A stretch of 64,000 nt of DNA from Eubacteriales bacterium. Its GTDB lineage: Bacteria; Bacillota; Clostridia; Oscillospirales; CAG-272. Below, one piece after another: positions 10,452 through 23,526 of this stretch. The notes under the pieces were generated by a model. That model had not been told where the DNA came from. It saw only the letters and a list, made by a program, of their open reading frames with translations, and made no database searches. The translations under genes and the position numbers were made by a program. Every line of letters begins with the position of its first letter. Positions within the stretch are counted from its first letter, which is position 1. Location of the stretch: positions 6,326-70,325 of the forward strand of contig JAZOSH010000014.1 of NCBI GenBank assembly GCA_045656985.1, in the 5' to 3' direction.

Positions 10452-11179
10452 AGTATTTCCTCCTTCTCAAAGACGGGGCCGTCCTTACAAATTCTCTTGT
10501 TGCCGAAATTGGTCTTGCAGCTGCAGCCCATGCAGGCTCCAAAGCCGCAGCCCATACGCTCCTCAAAGCTGAACTGACCGCTTGTGACGGTCGCGTTGTA
10601 TATAGCCTTCAGCATAGGCATCGGACCGCAGGTGTAAAAGTAAGTGTAGCTGTTGACTTCCTTCATCGCGTCAGTAACGAAGCCCTTTGTACCAACGCTT
10701 CCGTCGGCAGTTGCGACGAGCACACGCGCGCCGAGAGCCTCGAAATCCTCGCGGCAGAATATCTCATCGGCAGTATTAAAGCCAAGGATTACCGTAGGCT
10801 TTTTGCCCTCCGCAATGAGCTTCTTACAAAGCGCATAAAGAGGGGGAACACCAACACCGCCTCCAAGGAGTAGGGGAGCGTCTCCGCTCTTCTCGGTGTC
10901 ATAGCCATTGCCAAGACCCACGAGAATGTCGAGCTCCTTGTCCACGGGGAGAGTTGCCATATATTCGGTGCCCTCACCGACTGCCTTATAGATAAGTGTC
11001 AAAGAGTCAGCTGTGTAATCACAAACCGAAATAGGACGGCGCAGATAGTAGCCCTCAAGTGCGATGTTTACAAACTGTCCGCATCCGCCGATGCCGCTTG
11101 CATCACCCGAAAGCATCATTTTGTAGGTGTTTTTGGCAATGCACTCATTTTTTTCTATCTTAAAAATTACCTGCTTCAT
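10445..11179 (-). CDS. pyrK: dihydroorotate dehydrogenase B, electron-transfer (FAD/2Fe-2S) subunit
   Basis: C-terminal cluster motif CGFGACMGCSC. Overlaps the pyrD start. Confidence 0.9.
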   Translation of the reverse strand: MKQVIFKIEKNECIAKNTYKMMLSGDASGIGGCGQFVNIALEGYYLRRPISVCDYTADSLTLIYKAVGEGTEYMATLPVDKELDILVGLGNGYDTEKSGDAPLLLGGGVGVPPLYALCKKLIAEGKKPTVILGFNTADEIFCREDFEALGARVLVATADGSVGTKGFVTDAMKEVNSYTYFYTCGPMPMLKAIYNATVTSGQFSFEERMGCGFGACMGCSCKTNFGNKRICKDGPVFEKEEILW

Positions 11180-11182
11180 TTT

Positions 11183-12403
11183 TTAGTCCTTTCTGTAAAC
11201 GAGCCTTCCGTCATAGATGGTTGCAAGGTTTCTTCCGTATATGTGCTTGCCCTCGAAGGGAGTTGCTCTGCCGAGGGAGAGAAACTCATTGGGGTCAACG
11301 GCGTATTCATCGTTAAGATCCCATACTGAAAAACCGACATCGCTTTCAATTCCAAAGCGTACGCGTGGGTTAAGTGACATAAGGGCAACAAGTTTCTCAA
11401 GAGATATGATGCCTGATTTTACAAGATCTGTGTAAAGCACAGGGAATGCCGTCTCAAGTCCGACAACTCCCATAAGGCTCCCCGCAAGTCCGCGTGACTT
11501 TTCCTCTGCAGAGTGGGGCGCGTGGTCGGTCGCTATCATCTCAATAGTGCCGTCACAGATGCCTTCAACAAGAGCTTCTCTGTCAGCCTCCGAGCGAATG
11601 GGCGGATTCATCTTGAATCTGCCGTGCTCTCCGAGCATTGAGTCATTCATGGTGAGGTAATGAGGGCCTGTCTCACAGCTTACATCAAGTCCCGATTTCT
11701 TTGCCTCGCGGATAAGAGATACGCTTTCTTTTGTGGAGATGTGGCATACATGATAAGAACAGCCCGTTTTTGCTACAAGCTCAAGGTCGCGCGCGATAGG
11801 TCTCCACTCACTCTCGGAGCATATACCAAGGTGACCGTGCGCCTTTGCGTACTCGCCATCGTGAATATAGCCACCGCGGAGCAGGGAATTATCCTCACAG
11901 TGTGCAACTATCATCTTGCCGAGTGACTTGGCTTTTTTCATGGCTTCAAGCATCATCTCGTCGCTCTGCACACCGCGTCCGTCGTCCGAGAACGCGATAA
12001 CATCGGCTGCAAGCTTGTCCATATCGGAAAGAAGCTCGCCAAGCTGTCCTTTTGTTATTGTTCCATAGGGGTAGACAGCAATGGTGGCCTTTTCTTTTAT
12101 TGCGTCAAGCTGAAGGTCGAGGTTTTCCTTTGTGTCAGGACATGGCTTGAGATTCGGCATCGTGCAGACAGCGGTGTAACCGCCGCGAGCCGCCGAGCGC
12201 GAGCCGCTTGCAGTGTCCTCTTTATAAGAAAAGCCCGGCTCACGAAAATGCACATGCACATCGCAAAATCCGGGTAAAACACATACGGGTGAATTAAATT
12301 CAAAAGCAGAAGAAAGACCGTCATACATAACATCGGTCTCTATCTTTGTCTTTTCAAATGTCTCACCGTTATAAACTGTAGCGTTGTTAAGTAAAAGCTT
12401 CAT
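11183..12403 (-). CDS. pyrC: dihydroorotase
   Basis: DVHVHFREPG metal-binding motif. First gene of the pyr operon. Confidence 0.9.
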   Translation of the reverse strand: MKLLLNNATVYNGETFEKTKIETDVMYDGLSSAFEFNSPVCVLPGFCDVHVHFREPGFSYKEDTASGSRSAARGGYTAVCTMPNLKPCPDTKENLDLQLDAIKEKATIAVYPYGTITKGQLGELLSDMDKLAADVIAFSDDGRGVQSDEMMLEAMKKAKSLGKMIVAHCEDNSLLRGGYIHDGEYAKAHGHLGICSESEWRPIARDLELVAKTGCSYHVCHISTKESVSLIREAKKSGLDVSCETGPHYLTMNDSMLGEHGRFKMNPPIRSEADREALVEGICDGTIEMIATDHAPHSAEEKSRGLAGSLMGVVGLETAFPVLYTDLVKSGIISLEKLVALMSLNPRVRFGIESDVGFSVWDLNDEYAVDPNEFLSLGRATPFEGKHIYGRNLATIYDGRLVYRKD

Positions 12404-12415
12404 CTAAAACTCACC

Positions 12416-12437
12416 TTAATAAATACATATTTATTAA
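12416..12437 (-). promoter_or_regulatory. perfect 22-bp palindrome (10+2+10) between the pyr -10 box and RBS; candidate operator
   Basis: TTAATAAATA-CA-TATTTATTAA read directly. It immediately abuts the predicted -10 hexamer. Confidence 0.4.
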
Positions 12438-12466
12438 ATTATAGCATAACAGAGAATATAAGTCAA
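12438..12466 (-). promoter_or_regulatory. SigA-type promoter for the pyr operon (TTGACT-N17-TATAAT, extended TGn)
   Basis: Minus-strand read: TTGACT (12466-12461), 17-nt spacer ending TGC, TATAAT (12443-12438). Confidence 0.6.
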
Positions 12467-12477
12467 TAGGCGAAAGC

Positions 12478-12507
12478 AAAAAATAACGGCGCACTTTTGT
12501 GCGCCGT
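12478..12507 (-). terminator. intrinsic terminator of hpf
   Basis: Stem ACGGCGCAC / GTGCGCCGT with loop TTTT, followed on the minus strand by a T-run (plus-strand A-run 12478-12484). Confidence 0.75.
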
Positions 12508-12518
12508 ATTGTCAATTT

Positions 12519-13049
12519 TTACTCCTCGGAGGGAGTGATAAGTCCGTAATCTCCGTCGCGTCTCTTATAGACAACGCATACCTCCTCGCTCTGATCGTCT
12601 CTGAATACGAAGAAATCGTGACCGAGCAAATTCATCTGCATAATAGCCTCCTCGGGAGACATTGGCTTGAAATAGAAGGCCTTTCTGCGGATTATGAACT
12701 CATTATCCTCCTCGTAGTCCTCGCCCGTTTCAAAAATTCCTTGCTCAAATGCGCCCGAGCGTATCTTCTTTTCAAGACGTGTCTTGTTCTTACGGATCTG
12801 GCGCTCAATAGAGTATATCGTTTTATCAAGAGCATTACGGAAGGTCTCGTCCTCTGCTTCACTGCGGAAGATGGTTCCGTATGCGTTTATCGTGATCTCA
12901 AGGCTTTTGAGGTTTCTTTTTGACGAGAGTGTGGCGGTTGCTACTGCCTCATCGCCAAAGTACTTGTCAAGCTTTGCAAGCTTTGCCTCAATGGCTTCTT
13001 TCATTTCAGTCCAAACATTCATCTGTCTGCCGATAATGGTTACTTTCAT
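12519..13049 (-). CDS. hpf: ribosome hibernation promoting factor (long form)
   Basis: 176 aa with the S30AE N-domain plus the C-terminal dimerisation domain typical of Firmicutes. AAGGAGG RBS. Confidence 0.9.
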   Translation of the reverse strand: MKVTIIGRQMNVWTEMKEAIEAKLAKLDKYFGDEAVATATLSSKRNLKSLEITINAYGTIFRSEAEDETFRNALDKTIYSIERQIRKNKTRLEKKIRSGAFEQGIFETGEDYEEDNEFIIRRKAFYFKPMSPEEAIMQMNLLGHDFFVFRDDQSEEVCVVYKRRDGDYGLITPSEE

Positions 13050-13094
13050 CTTTCAATCCTCCTTGTGATAGAGTGGAGTTTTAACTCCATATTT

Positions 13095-13123
13095 ATTATA
13101 ACATTTTTATTTTTGTTTGTAAA
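13095..13123 (-). promoter_or_regulatory. SigA-type promoter for hpf (TTTACA-N17-TATAAT)
   Basis: Minus-strand read: TTTACA (13123-13118), 17-nt spacer, TATAAT (13100-13095). Confidence 0.5.
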
Positions 13124-13298
13124 TAGTATATCATAAAAAATATTTATTCAATAAAATATTGTGCAATATAAACAAAAAAGGCATGAAATGTTAACAAAAC
13201 TGGCTGTCATATTATCTGCGTTTTGTGTAAGATGTAGATAGAGGCGTAAAAGTGCTTCAAAAACGGGGAAAAATTTGCCTCTTTTCGCACGATTTATA

Positions 13299-13327
13299 TT
13301 GAAATCACACTTGAAATATGGTATAAT
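13299..13327 (+). promoter_or_regulatory. SigA-type promoter (TTGAAA-N17-TATAAT with TGn extended -10)
   Basis: TTGAAA at 13299-13304, spacer ending TGG, TATAAT at 13322-13327. Confidence 0.6.
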
Positions 13328-13365
13328 TTTTACAGACAGATTTTTTCAAAAACAGGGGGTAAAAT

Positions 13366-14499
13366 ATGGCTAGAAAGAAGAAAAAGAGCGGCTTCAGGGG
13401 CTTTTTGACAATAGTTACTCTGCTCGTGATAATCGCGGCGGTATTTTTATATGTCAATCCCGATTATGTGGGCTATATAAAGAGTCAGCTCTCAAATCTT
13501 TTCACAGATAAGGTTGAGGAAAACACCGATGTATATGTCAGCGGTGACCTTGAGATACACTTTATTGAGCTTGGAAACAAATATACAGGCGACTGTACAT
13601 ATGTCAAAGCAGGCGACATTGATCTTTTGATAGACGCAGGCTCAAAGGTCAGCTCTATTCCAACCATAAGCGCCTATCTTGATGCACATATGACCGACGA
13701 TGTTATTGAGTATGTTATAGTTACTCACGCGCATCAGGACCACTATGCGGGATTTGCCACAGGCGAGAATACAGACAGCCTTTTTGATCTTTACGAGTTT
13801 GAGGTCATCATTGACTTTTCGCAGATAGAAAAGGACAAGGAAGAGGGCGCGATGTATAAAAATTACATAAGGGAGCGTGATGCCGAGGTTGCGGCAGGCG
13901 CGACTCATTACACCGCGGCAGAGTGTAGAGAGAGTGGAAATTACACCTTTTCTCTCGGAGAGGGAATTGAATTTGAGATACTTGACAGCCTTTACTATTA
14001 TGAGGCAACATCAAGTGAAAATAATCACTCGGTATGTACCCTTATAAGTCAGGGTGACAATCATTTCCTTTTCACGGGCGACCTTGAGGAAAAGGGAGAA
14101 AAGAAGCTTGTTGAGATGAACGATCTTCCCGAGGTGGTGCTCTATAAGGCAGGTCATCACGGCTCAAAGACATCCTCAAGCGAGGAGCTTCTTTCTGTGA
14201 TAAGCCCCGAGATAGTTTGCGTTTGCTGCTGCGCGGGAAGCTCCGAGTATACAGATGTTAAAGAAAACATGTTCCCGACGCAGGACTTTTGCGACAGAGT
14301 GGCGCCTTATACCGATAAGGTCTATGTTACAACACTGTGTGTTGACTATAAAAACGGCGTATTTGAGTCTATGAACGGAGACATAGTAGTCCGTTCAAGT
14401 GCCGACGGAGTAAGTGTTAAGGGAAGCGCAAATGACACGCTTCTTAAGGATACTGAATGGTTTAAACAAAACAGAACATGCCCCGAGGCTTGGGAGTAG
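13366..14499 (+). CDS. membrane-anchored ComEC-type MBL-fold hydrolase
   Basis: N-terminal TM helix (FLTIVTLLVIIAAVFLYV). MBL motifs THAHQDHYAGF and AGHHGSKTSS. Confidence 0.75.
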   Translation: MARKKKKSGFRGFLTIVTLLVIIAAVFLYVNPDYVGYIKSQLSNLFTDKVEENTDVYVSGDLEIHFIELGNKYTGDCTYVKAGDIDLLIDAGSKVSSIPTISAYLDAHMTDDVIEYVIVTHAHQDHYAGFATGENTDSLFDLYEFEVIIDFSQIEKDKEEGAMYKNYIRERDAEVAAGATHYTAAECRESGNYTFSLGEGIEFEILDSLYYYEATSSENNHSVCTLISQGDNHFLFTGDLEEKGEKKLVEMNDLPEVVLYKAGHHGSKTSSSEELLSVISPEIVCVCCCAGSSEYTDVKENMFPTQDFCDRVAPYTDKVYVTTLCVDYKNGVFESMNGDIVVRSSADGVSVKGSANDTLLKDTEWFKQNRTCPEAWE

Positions 14500-14506
14500 A
14501 AAAAGC

Positions 14507-14541
14507 GCGGGAGGTCAAATACAGACCTCCCGCTAATTTTT
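14507..14541 (+). terminator. intrinsic terminator
   Basis: Stem GCGGGAGGTC / GACCTCCCGC with loop AAATACA, followed by TAATTTTT. Confidence 0.8.
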
Positions 14542-14573
14542 GTATACAAAATATTAAATTTATTTAAATGCCC

Positions 14574-14602
14574 TTGAAAAGTGCAGGGAATTATGGTATA
14601 TT
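14574..14602 (+). promoter_or_regulatory. SigA-type promoter of the atp operon (TTGAAA-N17-TATATT, TGn)
   Basis: TTGAAA at 14574-14579, spacer ending TGG, TATATT at 14597-14602. Confidence 0.6.
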
Positions 14603-14662
14603 TATTAAAGTGTGGTCTGCGCGTGGCGCAGATGCGGCAATAATCTTTAATAGGAGGCTCAC

Positions 14663-15043
14663 ATGAAGAAGATCGATCCAACTGTTCTGAAGGAGACGGC
14701 GTATATCGCTGCGTTTTCGTTTGTGCTCGGCGTGCTTATGCAAGCTGTCTTTCTAATTGTTGGAAGGTGGGATGTCACGGTATTGCTCGGCGGCATTCTC
14801 GGTTATCTTGCAACTGTGGGCAATTTCTTTTTAATGGGACTCACAGTACAAAAGGCTGTGACAAAGGACCAAAAGGAAGCAAAAAAGCTTATAAGACTTT
14901 CGCAGATGCTTCGATTTTTGTTCCTTGTGGCGGTAGCGGCACTTGGATATCTCGTGTCCTCCTTCAATCTTATCGCGGTGGTGATACCCTATCTTTTTTC
15001 CCGCATAGCTATTGCCGCAAGACCTCTTTTCAAGAATTTTTGA
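14663..15043 (+). CDS. atpI: ATP synthase protein I (AtpI/AtpZ-like)
   Basis: Small 4-TM protein at the first position of the atp operon. AGGAGG RBS. Confidence 0.6.
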   Translation: MKKIDPTVLKETAYIAAFSFVLGVLMQAVFLIVGRWDVTVLLGGILGYLATVGNFFLMGLTVQKAVTKDQKEAKKLIRLSQMLRFLFLVAVAALGYLVSSFNLIAVVIPYLFSRIAIAARPLFKNF

Positions 15044-15064
15044 TATATCAAGTTACTCAAGGGA

Positions 15065-16302
<1,238 letters not shown>

Positions 16303-16329
16303 TAAGCAGCTTCAGAACGGAGAAGAGCT

Positions 16330-16845
16330 ATGCAAAACTTAGATGTTATTTCGGTAAATCTCTGGCAGATGCTCGTGTCGCTCGTAAACCTCGTAATTCT
16401 TTTTCTTCTCATCAAGAAATTTCTTTACAAGCCTGTAAAGAAGATGCTTGAGAGCCGTCAGAGCACCATAGATGGTACTTACAGTGAGGCAGAGAAGGCA
16501 AAGGCGGAGGCACTTGCAGATAAGGCGGCATATGAGGAGAAGCTTTCGGGAGCTAAGGGTGAGGCAGAGGCGATCATACAGAACGCCGTAACACTCGCAA
16601 AGGCGCGCGAGAGTGAGATCGTGGCAGACGCAAGAGAGGAAGCGGCAAGCATCTTGCACGAAGCAAGAGAAAATGCCGAGCTTGAGCTGAAACGCGCAGA
16701 GGATATGATACGAGATGAGATCGTTGATGTATCGGCGCTCCTTACCGAAAAGATGCTTCGCAGAGAGATAAACGCGGAGGACCACAAAGAGCTTATTGAC
16801 TCCTTTATAGAGGAGATAGGTGACGAAGATGGCACAGATCAGTAA
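16330..16845 (+). CDS. atpF: F0 ATP synthase subunit b
   Basis: Single N-terminal TM helix plus a long charged helix. Operon position supports the call. Confidence 0.85.
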   Translation: MQNLDVISVNLWQMLVSLVNLVILFLLIKKFLYKPVKKMLESRQSTIDGTYSEAEKAKAEALADKAAYEEKLSGAKGEAEAIIQNAVTLAKARESEIVADAREEAASILHEARENAELELKRAEDMIRDEIVDVSALLTEKMLRREINAEDHKELIDSFIEEIGDEDGTDQ

Positions 16846-17356
16846 GGAATATGCCGAGGCTCTGTTTGCTCTCGCTCTTGAGGGCGAACAGGTCGCGGAG
16901 TATGAAAAAAAGCTGTCGCTTATTGACAGCGTTATGGAGGAAAATCCCGAGTATATTGAGCTTGTTGACTCGCCTGCGGTGCTTCTATCGGAGCGTCTTG
17001 GTGTGCTTGATGAGAGCTTTGGCGATATGCCCGAGTATATCCTTTCATTTCTTAAGCTGCTCTGCGAAAACAGGCATTTCGGTGAGATAAGAAGAATAAT
17101 AAGTGATTTTTCGGAGCTTGTAAGGCTTTCGGAAAATCGCGCGGAGGCGACAGTCTATTATGCGTCGCCGCTTGACGACGCTCAAAAGGCAGCTCTCATT
17201 GAGAGACTTGAGAAAAAGAGCGGCAAGAAGGTTGAAGCGGTGTATGTTTATGACGAGTCTCTTATAGGCGGCATCAAGGTAAAGCTTGACGATATAATGC
17301 TTGACGGCTCAATATCAGGACGCCTCAATAAAATTAAGGGAGTGATAGGCAAATGA
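16829..17356 (+). CDS. atpH: F1 ATP synthase subunit delta
   Basis: OSCP/delta N-terminus ([12 protein letters not shown]). ATG 16829 preferred over GTG 16820. Confidence 0.85.
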   Translation: MAQISKEYAEALFALALEGEQVAEYEKKLSLIDSVMEENPEYIELVDSPAVLLSERLGVLDESFGDMPEYILSFLKLLCENRHFGEIRRIISDFSELVRLSENRAEATVYYASPLDDAQKAALIERLEKKSGKKVEAVYVYDESLIGGIKVKLDDIMLDGSISGRLNKIKGVIGK

Positions 17357-18843
17357 GTAATCCCTCGGAAATAAGCAGTATCATTAAAACTCAAATAGAA
17401 AATTATAAGTCCCGCACCCAGATGACCGAGACGGGTAAGGTAATACTTGTCGGTGACGGAATAGCTAGAGTATGGGGACTTACAAGCTGTATGGCAAATG
17501 AGCTTCTTGAATTTGATGACGGAAGCTTTGGCGTTGCGCAGAATCTTGAGGAGGAGACCGTTTCTGTTGCGGTGCTTTCAAACAAGAACGGCATTCGTGA
17601 GGGTACGGGCGTTTCAAGAACGGGCAAGGTCTTGTCTGTTCCTGTTGGCGAAAAATTTCTCGGTCGCGTTGTGAATGCACTTGGTGAGCCCATTGACGGA
17701 AGAGGCGCTATTGAGAGTAGCGCTACCCGTCCTATTGAGTCGGAGGCTCCCGGTATTATTGAACGAAAGAGCGTTCATGTGCCGCTTCAGACAGGTATCA
17801 AGGCAATAGACAGTATGATCCCGATAGGCAGAGGTCAGCGTGAGCTCATTATCGGTGACAGACAGACGGGTAAGACCGAGATTGCTATAGATACCATAAT
17901 AAATCAAAAAGACACGGGCGTTATCTGTATCTATGTCGCAATAGGACAGAAGAGTACCTCTGTGGCACAACTCGTCGGTGAGCTTACAAGAAACGGTGCC
18001 ATGAGCTATACTATCGTCGTTTCGGCAACGGCTGCCGAAAGTGCGCCCCTTCAGTATATCGCGCCCTATAGCGGATGTGCTATGGCGGAATATTTCAGAG
18101 AGCAGGGCAAGGATGTCCTCATAATCTATGATGACCTCAGCAAGCACGCTGTGGCTTACCGTGCGCTCTCGCTTCTCATTCGCCGTCCTCCGGGCCGTGA
18201 GGCTTATCCCGGAGATGTATTCTATCTCCATTCTCGCCTTCTCGAGAGAGCGGCATGTGTTGATGAGGCATACGGCGGCGGATCAATAACTGCGCTTCCC
18301 ATAATTGAAACACAGGCAGGAGATGTTTCGGCATATATTCCTACCAATGTTATCTCAATCACAGACGGACAGATATTCCTTGAGACAGAGCTTTTCCACT
18401 CTGGAATAATGCCCGCTATAAACCCCGGTATCTCGGTCAGCCGTGTCGGCGGCTCGGCGCAGCTTAAGGGAATGAAGAAGGTCTCGGGAGAGCTCAAGCT
18501 TATTTACTCGCAGTACCGTGAGCTTCAGTCCTTTGCACAGTTCGGAAGCGATCTTGATGCCGACACAAAGAAGAGACTCGCACTTGGTGAGCGTATTGTT
18601 GAGGTGCTCAAGCAGGGAAGAAACGAGCCTGTAAGAGTTGGCTGTCAGGTGGCTATCGTTTATGCAGCTATCAACGGATATCTTGACGCAGTTGAGGTAA
18701 AGCGCGTGCACGAGTATGAGGCAATGCTCTTCGCAAAGCTTGAAAATCAGTGCGGAGAGTGGCTCAAGAGAATTGAGGAAGGCTATTTTGAGGAGAGCGA
18801 CATTGAGGCACTCAAAAATATACTTTCGGAAGTGCAGGTCTGA
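17353..18843 (+). CDS. atpA: F1 ATP synthase subunit alpha
   Basis: Walker A GDRQTGKT and full-length alpha architecture. Confidence 0.97.
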   Translation: MSNPSEISSIIKTQIENYKSRTQMTETGKVILVGDGIARVWGLTSCMANELLEFDDGSFGVAQNLEEETVSVAVLSNKNGIREGTGVSRTGKVLSVPVGEKFLGRVVNALGEPIDGRGAIESSATRPIESEAPGIIERKSVHVPLQTGIKAIDSMIPIGRGQRELIIGDRQTGKTEIAIDTIINQKDTGVICIYVAIGQKSTSVAQLVGELTRNGAMSYTIVVSATAAESAPLQYIAPYSGCAMAEYFREQGKDVLIIYDDLSKHAVAYRALSLLIRRPPGREAYPGDVFYLHSRLLERAACVDEAYGGGSITALPIIETQAGDVSAYIPTNVISITDGQIFLETELFHSGIMPAINPGISVSRVGGSAQLKGMKKVSGELKLIYSQYRELQSFAQFGSDLDADTKKRLALGERIVEVLKQGRNEPVRVGCQVAIVYAAINGYLDAVEVKRVHEYEAMLFAKLENQCGEWLKRIEEGYFEESDIEALKNILSEVQV

Positions 18844-18846
18844 TTT

Positions 18847-21328
<2,482 letters not shown>

Positions 21329-21330
21329 TA

Positions 21331-21368
21331 AAAAGCAGGTTTTGTATAGATTACAGGACCTGCTTTTT
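21331..21368 (+). terminator. intrinsic terminator of the atp operon
   Basis: AAAAGCAGGT ... ACCTGCTTTTT hairpin with a T-run. Confidence 0.75.
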
Positions 21369-21417
21369 ATATTTTGCAAAAAAAGCTGTAGAAAGGAAAA
21401 ATATTTGCAAAAAAGCA

Positions 21418-21446
21418 TTGACTTTCACAATGTGATGTGTTATCAT
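21418..21446 (+). promoter_or_regulatory. SigA-type promoter of the regulator-his operon (TTGACT-N17-TATCAT, TGn)
   Basis: TTGACT at 21418-21423, spacer ending TGT, TATCAT at 21441-21446. Confidence 0.55.
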
Positions 21447-21458
21447 ACTAAAGTGATA
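21425..21458 (+). promoter_or_regulatory. two inverted repeats overlapping the his promoter; candidate operators
   Basis: TCACA-A-TGTGA (21425-21435) lies in the spacer. TATCA-N8-TGATA (21441-21458) covers the -10 box and transcription start. Confidence 0.4.
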
Positions 21459-21481
21459 AAGTAAAGAAAGGGGATCATACT

Positions 21482-21772
21482 ATGAATCTCAAAGAAAATG
21501 AAGGCTACAATTTGCTCGTAAAGGCGATAATGTCACTTGAGACCGAGGAGGAATGCGAAAAATTCCTTGAGGATCTTATGACGAGAAAGGAGATACTTGA
21601 TTCGGCACAGAGATTGCTTGTTGCAAAGCTTTTGTCGGAGCAGGTGGTTTACAGTAAGATAGCAGAGGAGACAGGTGCAAGTACTGCAACCATAAGCCGT
21701 GTAAACCGCGCATATTTGTACGGCGCGGGCGGTTATCGCGGAGTGCTTGAGAAGATAAAGGAAGAAAAATAA
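21482..21772 (+). CDS. YerC/YecD (TrpR-like) family DNA-binding protein; candidate histidine-operon regulator
   Basis: 96 aa with the helix-turn-helix segment IAEETGASTATISRVNRAYLYG typical of the YerC family. Ends 14 nt upstream of hisZ. Confidence 0.8.
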   Translation: MNLKENEGYNLLVKAIMSLETEEECEKFLEDLMTRKEILDSAQRLLVAKLLSEQVVYSKIAEETGASTATISRVNRAYLYGAGGYRGVLEKIKEEK

Positions 21773-21786
21773 GCCACTCGGAGAAG

Positions 21787-22881
21787 ATGATGAAATACAG
21801 TAATGTGATACTTAAGCCCGACGAAAAGGCGGTCTTTTCGCTTCGTGAGCTTTATCTTAAGTACGGATATCTGCACTATAAGGTTGGCAAATTTGAGGAA
21901 TATGATCTTTATGCGGGAAACAAGAGCTTCCTTATAAGCGATAATATACTCACATTTACCGATACCAATGGCAGACTTATGGCGCTTAAGCCCGATGTAA
22001 CACTATCAATAGTCAAAAATGTTGGTGACGGCAGTGCAACTCATAAACTTTTCTATAACGAGAATGTATATAGAACATCGGCATCGTCAGGTGGCTTCCG
22101 TGAGATAATGCAGACAGGACTTGAGTGCATAGGAAGCATAGATATATATTCAACAGCTGAGGTACTGATGCTTGCCTGTGAGAGCCTTTCGCTTATGAGC
22201 ACCGACTCTCTGCTTGCCCTTTCGCATATGGGATATACACTCGGTCTGCTTGAGGAATGTGAGCTTGACTCTGCAAGGACCAGGGAGGCGCTTTCATACA
22301 TTGAGAGCAAGAACGCTCAGGCGATATCTGCTATGGCAGACTTATTCGATATCGAAAAGGATAAAAAAGAGGCGCTTTGCTTTGTGGCAACAAGCTACGG
22401 CGAGCTTTCTTCACTCCTGCCGAAAGTTGAAAAATATTGCTTCAATGAGAGAATGAGTGCAGCTTACAGTGAGCTTTGCAGTATAGCTGCGGCACTTCCC
22501 GAGCGCAAGCTGTATATTGATTTTTCCCTCGTCAATGATATGAACTACTACGATGGTATTATATTCAAGGGATATATCAATGGAATACCTGATTCTATAC
22601 TTTCTGGCGGTCGTTATGATAAGCTTGTCAGCAAGGTGGGCAAAAGTGCGGGAGCTATAGGTTTTGCGGTCTATCTTGACCTGCTTGAGCGCTTTGAGGA
22701 GGAGAGTACAGAGTATGATGTTGATGTGCTTCTTGTTTACGGCGAGGACGCAGATGCGGCAAAGGTCGCAGCGGAGGTGAGCTGTCTTGTGGCAGAGGGG
22801 AGAACTGTCAAGGCGGCTTCTATAGATGACGGAAGTGTAAAGTACAGAGAGAAGATAGCTCTCGGAGGTGCTTTGAAATGA
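21787..22881 (+). CDS. hisZ: ATP phosphoribosyltransferase regulatory subunit
   Basis: HisRS-paralog fold without an anticodon domain, paired with a short-form HisG. 4-nt overlap with hisG. Confidence 0.85.
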   Translation: MMKYSNVILKPDEKAVFSLRELYLKYGYLHYKVGKFEEYDLYAGNKSFLISDNILTFTDTNGRLMALKPDVTLSIVKNVGDGSATHKLFYNENVYRTSASSGGFREIMQTGLECIGSIDIYSTAEVLMLACESLSLMSTDSLLALSHMGYTLGLLEECELDSARTREALSYIESKNAQAISAMADLFDIEKDKKEALCFVATSYGELSSLLPKVEKYCFNERMSAAYSELCSIAAALPERKLYIDFSLVNDMNYYDGIIFKGYINGIPDSILSGGRYDKLVSKVGKSAGAIGFAVYLDLLERFEEESTEYDVDVLLVYGEDADAAKVAAEVSCLVAEGRTVKAASIDDGSVKYREKIALGGALK

Positions 22882-23516
22882 AACAAATGATAAATATCGC
22901 GCTTCCCAAGGGCAGACTTGGTGAGAAGGCGTATAAAATATTTGAGGAGGCGGGCTATGAGTGTCCGTCTATACGGGAGGAAAACAGAAAGCTTATCTTT
23001 GAAAATGAGGAAAAGGGTGTAAGATATTTCTGGGTAAAGCCTTCTGATGTAGTCATTTATGTTGAGCGAGGCGCGGCAGATATCGGTATTGCCGGCAAGG
23101 ATATAATTCTTGAGTATTCGCCAGACATATATGAGCTCTGCGATCTTGGCATTGGTAAGTGCCGAATGGCGGTGGCGGCAAAAAAGGATTTTCACGACAA
23201 TCGCGGAAAGACACTTCGTGTTGCCACAAAATTTCCGAATATAGCGCGGAGCTATTATAATTCCCAAAGCAGAGATATTGATATAATCAAGCTCAACGGA
23301 TCAATTGAGCTTGCGCCTATTCTCGGTCTTTCGGATGTTATTGTTGATATAGTAGAGACGGGAAAGACACTTCTTGAAAATGACCTTGAGCCAAAGACAG
23401 ATATCGTACCGATAAGTGCGAGGCTTGTGGCAAACAAGGTGAGCTACAAATTTAAAAACAGTGAGATATGTGAGCTTTGCGATAAGGTAAGCACGCTTGT
23501 CTCGGGCAAAAAATAA
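22878..23516 (+). CDS. hisG: ATP phosphoribosyltransferase, short form
   Basis: 212 aa. Begins ...LPKGRL, and carries the C-terminal ETGKTL motif. Confidence 0.9.
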   Translation: MKQMINIALPKGRLGEKAYKIFEEAGYECPSIREENRKLIFENEEKGVRYFWVKPSDVVIYVERGAADIGIAGKDIILEYSPDIYELCDLGIGKCRMAVAAKKDFHDNRGKTLRVATKFPNIARSYYNSQSRDIDIIKLNGSIELAPILGLSDVIVDIVETGKTLLENDLEPKTDIVPISARLVANKVSYKFKNSEICELCDKVSTLVSGKK

Positions 23517-23526
23517 GAGGAATAAA

